A stretch of DNA of 64,000 nucleotides from Zootoca vivipara (taxonomy: Eukaryota), in contig NC_083288.1 of the NCBI RefSeq assembly GCF_963506605.1, positions 29,946,001 through 30,010,000 of the forward strand, read 5' to 3'. Shown in pieces: positions 60,393 through 64,000 of the stretch (position 1 is the first letter of the stretch; every line of letters starts with the position of its first letter). Below the pieces are notes generated by a model, which worked only from the letters and a program-made list of their open reading frames with translations, did no database searches and was not told the DNA's origin. Made by a program: the position numbers and the translations under genes.

Positions 60393-60719
60393 GTTGGGCC
60401 GCCTCCTTGCTATCTTACTGTTTCGTGACTGCTTCAGCAAAAGCAACATTTCTTTGCAATCTTATTTATTTGATTAGAACCACATGGACACATCGGGTTG
60501 TTTCTATCCTTGGTTGCTGATTAACCCACTCCCTTCCTGTTAATTGCCAGAGTACATTCTGTGCATTTGTGGATCACATTGATATCAGTAGAAGCAGTGC
60601 TTTAGATAAGAAATGAGAAGTGCACCATTAATAATAATAATATAATATTTATCCGTATTAATAATACAGTGGTACCTCTAATTACGAATTAATGCGTTCT
60701 GAACGCACATTCGTAAGTC

Positions 60720-60765
<46 letters not shown>

Positions 60766-63700
60766 TACAAGTCGAATCCCATAGGTATGCATTGGGAGAA
60801 AAAATTCGTTAAGTCGAAGCAACCCTATCTAAAAATTCGTAAGTAAAAAAAATCCTATCTAAACCACATCCAATATGGCGGACAGAGCTCCGCTCGTAAG
60901 GAGAAACATTTGTAAGTAAAGTTACTCGTGGGTAGAGGCACCAATGTAATAATAACAGCAATGAGCTCCGTGCAGATCTTTACAATCACAAATATCTTCT
61001 GTTGTATTGGTTATAATTGGATTAAGGTTACGATAGCAGTAATACATATGTAATAATAGTACTAATTAAAACAAAAACAAAGCTTATTACAACTCGTGCT
61101 TTCTATCGCCTCGTCCTGGACTCCTTAGGTTATTTTGAGAATGATTTTGCCGGGGTGCTTAGCCTCAGTCTAAGGGTGGCATGGTTTGTGTACCACTAAC
61201 AGCCTTACTTAAGTATAAAATGAGAGGTCTTGGGGACTGAGATCCCGGTTCAGAGTTCATACACTTTTGGAACCTCTTACAGGGTTATTCTCTTTCCCTG
61301 GCATGCACATAATGGTTTCAGTCTCTGGGGACACTTGAACTTCACAAGCCAGGCCGGCCATTCAGTGCACATCTGGCTAGGTTAACCGCTGGACTTCATT
61401 CCTCTTCATATGGGTGTACTCTCTACAACGGGGTATCTCTCTGGCAGGACAATTTGTAATTCTTTCCATATGATCAGGTTCAATCAGGGCTCCTCCACAG
61501 ACACCAGTGTGCACATGAAGTTGGCGGTTACATACAATTTAACCTTTCCAAGTTTCTTCTCATAGTAGTGGCACTTCACCTTGGTATGAAGGACTTCAGA
61601 GATCTCTGCGTTTGTCTTTGGATTGATAGTCGAGCTGTCGACGGTGTCCCTGCAGAGCAAGCGTCGAGTTCCAAGAGGATGTCGCTCCCGTTCTGTGCAT
61701 TTGTGCAGCTTTGCCTTAAGTTTATCATCAACTTCTCAGAATTTATTCCCATGGTTACTAATGGCATCACGATGACATACTTCAACGGGCTGAGGGAGTA
61801 GTGGCATCTTATAAGAGGGCCTGGGCGGATGTGATGGGCTTAGGTCCAAAATCATTTGGGTCAGACTTTGTGGCCTTTTGGCTAGCCTGGTTACTATTGC
61901 ATGCTATTTAACCTTTGGAAGTTTCTTTCATAATAGTTCCAGTTCACCCTGGATGGAGGACTTCAGAGATCACCACATTTGCTTTGGGAGGGATAATCGA
62001 GCTGCCATCAGTGCCCTTGCAAAGCAGTCCAAGATGATGTCACTCCCACTCTGCACAATTGTGCAGCTTCACCTTAAGTTTCTCTTCAACTTCTCAGCAC
62101 ATTTATTCCTGGGGTTACTAATGGCATCACGATACCTAGCCTCGATGGGCTGTGGGAGTAGCGACATATTGGCTCTGTCCACTCTTATGGCTGATTTCAT
62201 TGACTTTCGGTTCAAAGCCTTTGGTTTTCAGATTTTATGGCCTATGGGGATATCAGGGACAGTCAGCCATCCCACCACATATTAGGTGCTTTAATACCTT
62301 GCCTGACTGTGTTACCTGGGCGTGTGGTTAAAACTTTTACTAGTCTGACAGCCGCTATTCCTCTCTTAGCTTATAAATTGAATGAGAATAGGTGAAGGAC
62401 ACCAGGCGATTCCTGGCCCCTTCCTCATCCATCAGGATGGGTTTGTGAGTCCCCCGCCCCCGACCAGTCCGCTAAGGGCACTTTGTTATCTGACCTAATG
62501 CTATCCATACATAATTATTGCTTTACATTCGTCAATATAAAACCAGAGGGGGAAGGGTGCCCGCGTGTTACCGCACATTCCTTCCGAATGGAGCAGTGGT
62601 ACACACGGGCCTCTCATCGGAGAGAATAAAAGATTTGGGTCGATGGACGTTCAAAGCTTATGAGGGCTACCTCTGCTGCACAATGTGACTAAGCAATTGA
62701 GTTTGGCAAATCACTTACATTCTTTTGCTTTGTTCTCAGGAGATAATACGCTGAATATCTGGATAGTTGATCACAGTACCATGCACTGGGCTCAGGTGTG
62801 CGCTTTTGATTGGAGATTGGGTCCCAATTTGGGGATACCTCCACGAGTCAAAGTTTCCTGGTTTGCAAGGAGATGGATGTGCTGGGATGGACTCCTGCCA
62901 GCTGTGTAGGCCAGGGCCGCCTCGCAAAATCCCCCTGTTTTCTTGGAGGTGCAGCCTGGTGGAAATGATTTGGCTTAATGTAAAGGCTCTGAGTTGCATT
63001 GTAGATTTTAAAGACTTGGTTGAACTGGTGGCTGCCTTTCTAAATCTTGACTATCTTTGGTCTTCCCTGCTGGAGAGACGCATTTTTGCGCGACTTTCAC
63101 ACCCCCCCCCCCGCTGCTATTGATAAATCAAGGAAGTTCTTGGTTCTGGCAGTGGCCAGAAAGGTTTCAGCTTTGAATGGACAAACTATCTTGCACCCAG
63201 CCATAAGATTCTGAGATGACCCAGGGTGAGTCCTAGTCAATGTACATCACAGGACTCACCCAATGGTGGTTAACCCTTCACAGACTGCCAGCACAGCGGG
63301 CTGGAGTCATATGATGGCATGCATCAAGGAAGTTCTTGGATCTGGCAGTGGCCAGAAAGGTGTCAGCCTGGAATGGACAAACTATATGGCACCCAGCCAT
63401 AAGATTCTGTGAGGCCCCAGGGTGAATCCTAGTTGATGTACCCTGTTTCTCATATTTTAAGACATACCCATAAAATAAGCCATAGCAGGATTTTTAAGCA
63501 TTCAAGGAATATAAGCCATACCCCGAAAATAAGACATAGTGATAGGCGCAGCAGCAATGCCGGCCGCGGCAGGAGGAGGAGGAAAAAAATAAGACATCCC
63601 TTGAAAACAAGCCATAGTCTGTATTTTTGAGAAAAAAATAAATATAAGACATGTCTTATAATGTGAGAAACACGGTACATCACAGGACTCACCCAATGGT

Positions 63701-64000
63701 AGTTAACCCTTCACAGACTGCCAGCTGCATGTTGAGCACGGCCTCCTTGCAGCAGCCCCTATCCTAGCCGCAGCATCCAGGTTTGCCGTGCTGCTCCTCA
63801 TCATCTGCACTATAATCACACTGACCTACAGGCTCCTCTAACTCCCCCCCCCCCCCGTACGTTCTCCCTTATAGCTTCCACACCTGACAGCCTTGCCTAA
63901 GAAAAGGAGTCCAGCCTGGAGAGCCTCCTTGCAGCTCCGCAACTCCTTCTGCCCTTTCACGTAACTTGCTTTAGAGGGATAAGACATTGGTTGTGGGTGT
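58596..64000 (+). repeat. Unit 2 of the ~5.8 kb tandem duplication (runs off the window)
   Basis: Matches 52769-58189. Confidence 0.97.

Overview
Vertebrate genomic DNA, very probably from a lacertid-type lizard (inferred from Sauria SINEs, Bov-B/RTE, CR1, L2, Penelope and squamate hAT and Tc1/mariner MITEs). The window is an olfactory receptor (OR) cluster with six intact single-exon class II, OR14-like ORFs. Four are close 'MAHDRY' paralogues (10.0, 17.9 and 29.6 kb on +, 35.3 kb on -) and two are 'MAYDRY' paralogues (42.8 and 47.1 kb on -). Three OR pseudogene fragments are also present. The first 7.3 kb is a decayed gamma-like ERV with a recognisable Gag-MA, a PPT and a 3' LTR. The architecture is built from an inverted OR unit, a ~12 kb tandem duplication (14.4-25.6 kb vs 26.5-38.5 kb) with many copy-specific TE insertions, and a near-identical ~5.8 kb tandem duplication at the right end that holds no OR coding sequence. 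I found no convincing new protein-coding system. The best leads are mosaic or gene-converted ORs, a homeodomain plus O/E motif cluster (candidate OR enhancer or promoter) amplified in the 5.8 kb repeat, an unclassified insert with two decayed ~90-codon ORF repeats, a Penelope hammerhead-ribozyme motif, and several rearrangement junctions that fall on LTR ends. All alignments were done by eye, so identities are approximate and TE family names are best matches from recalled consensus features.
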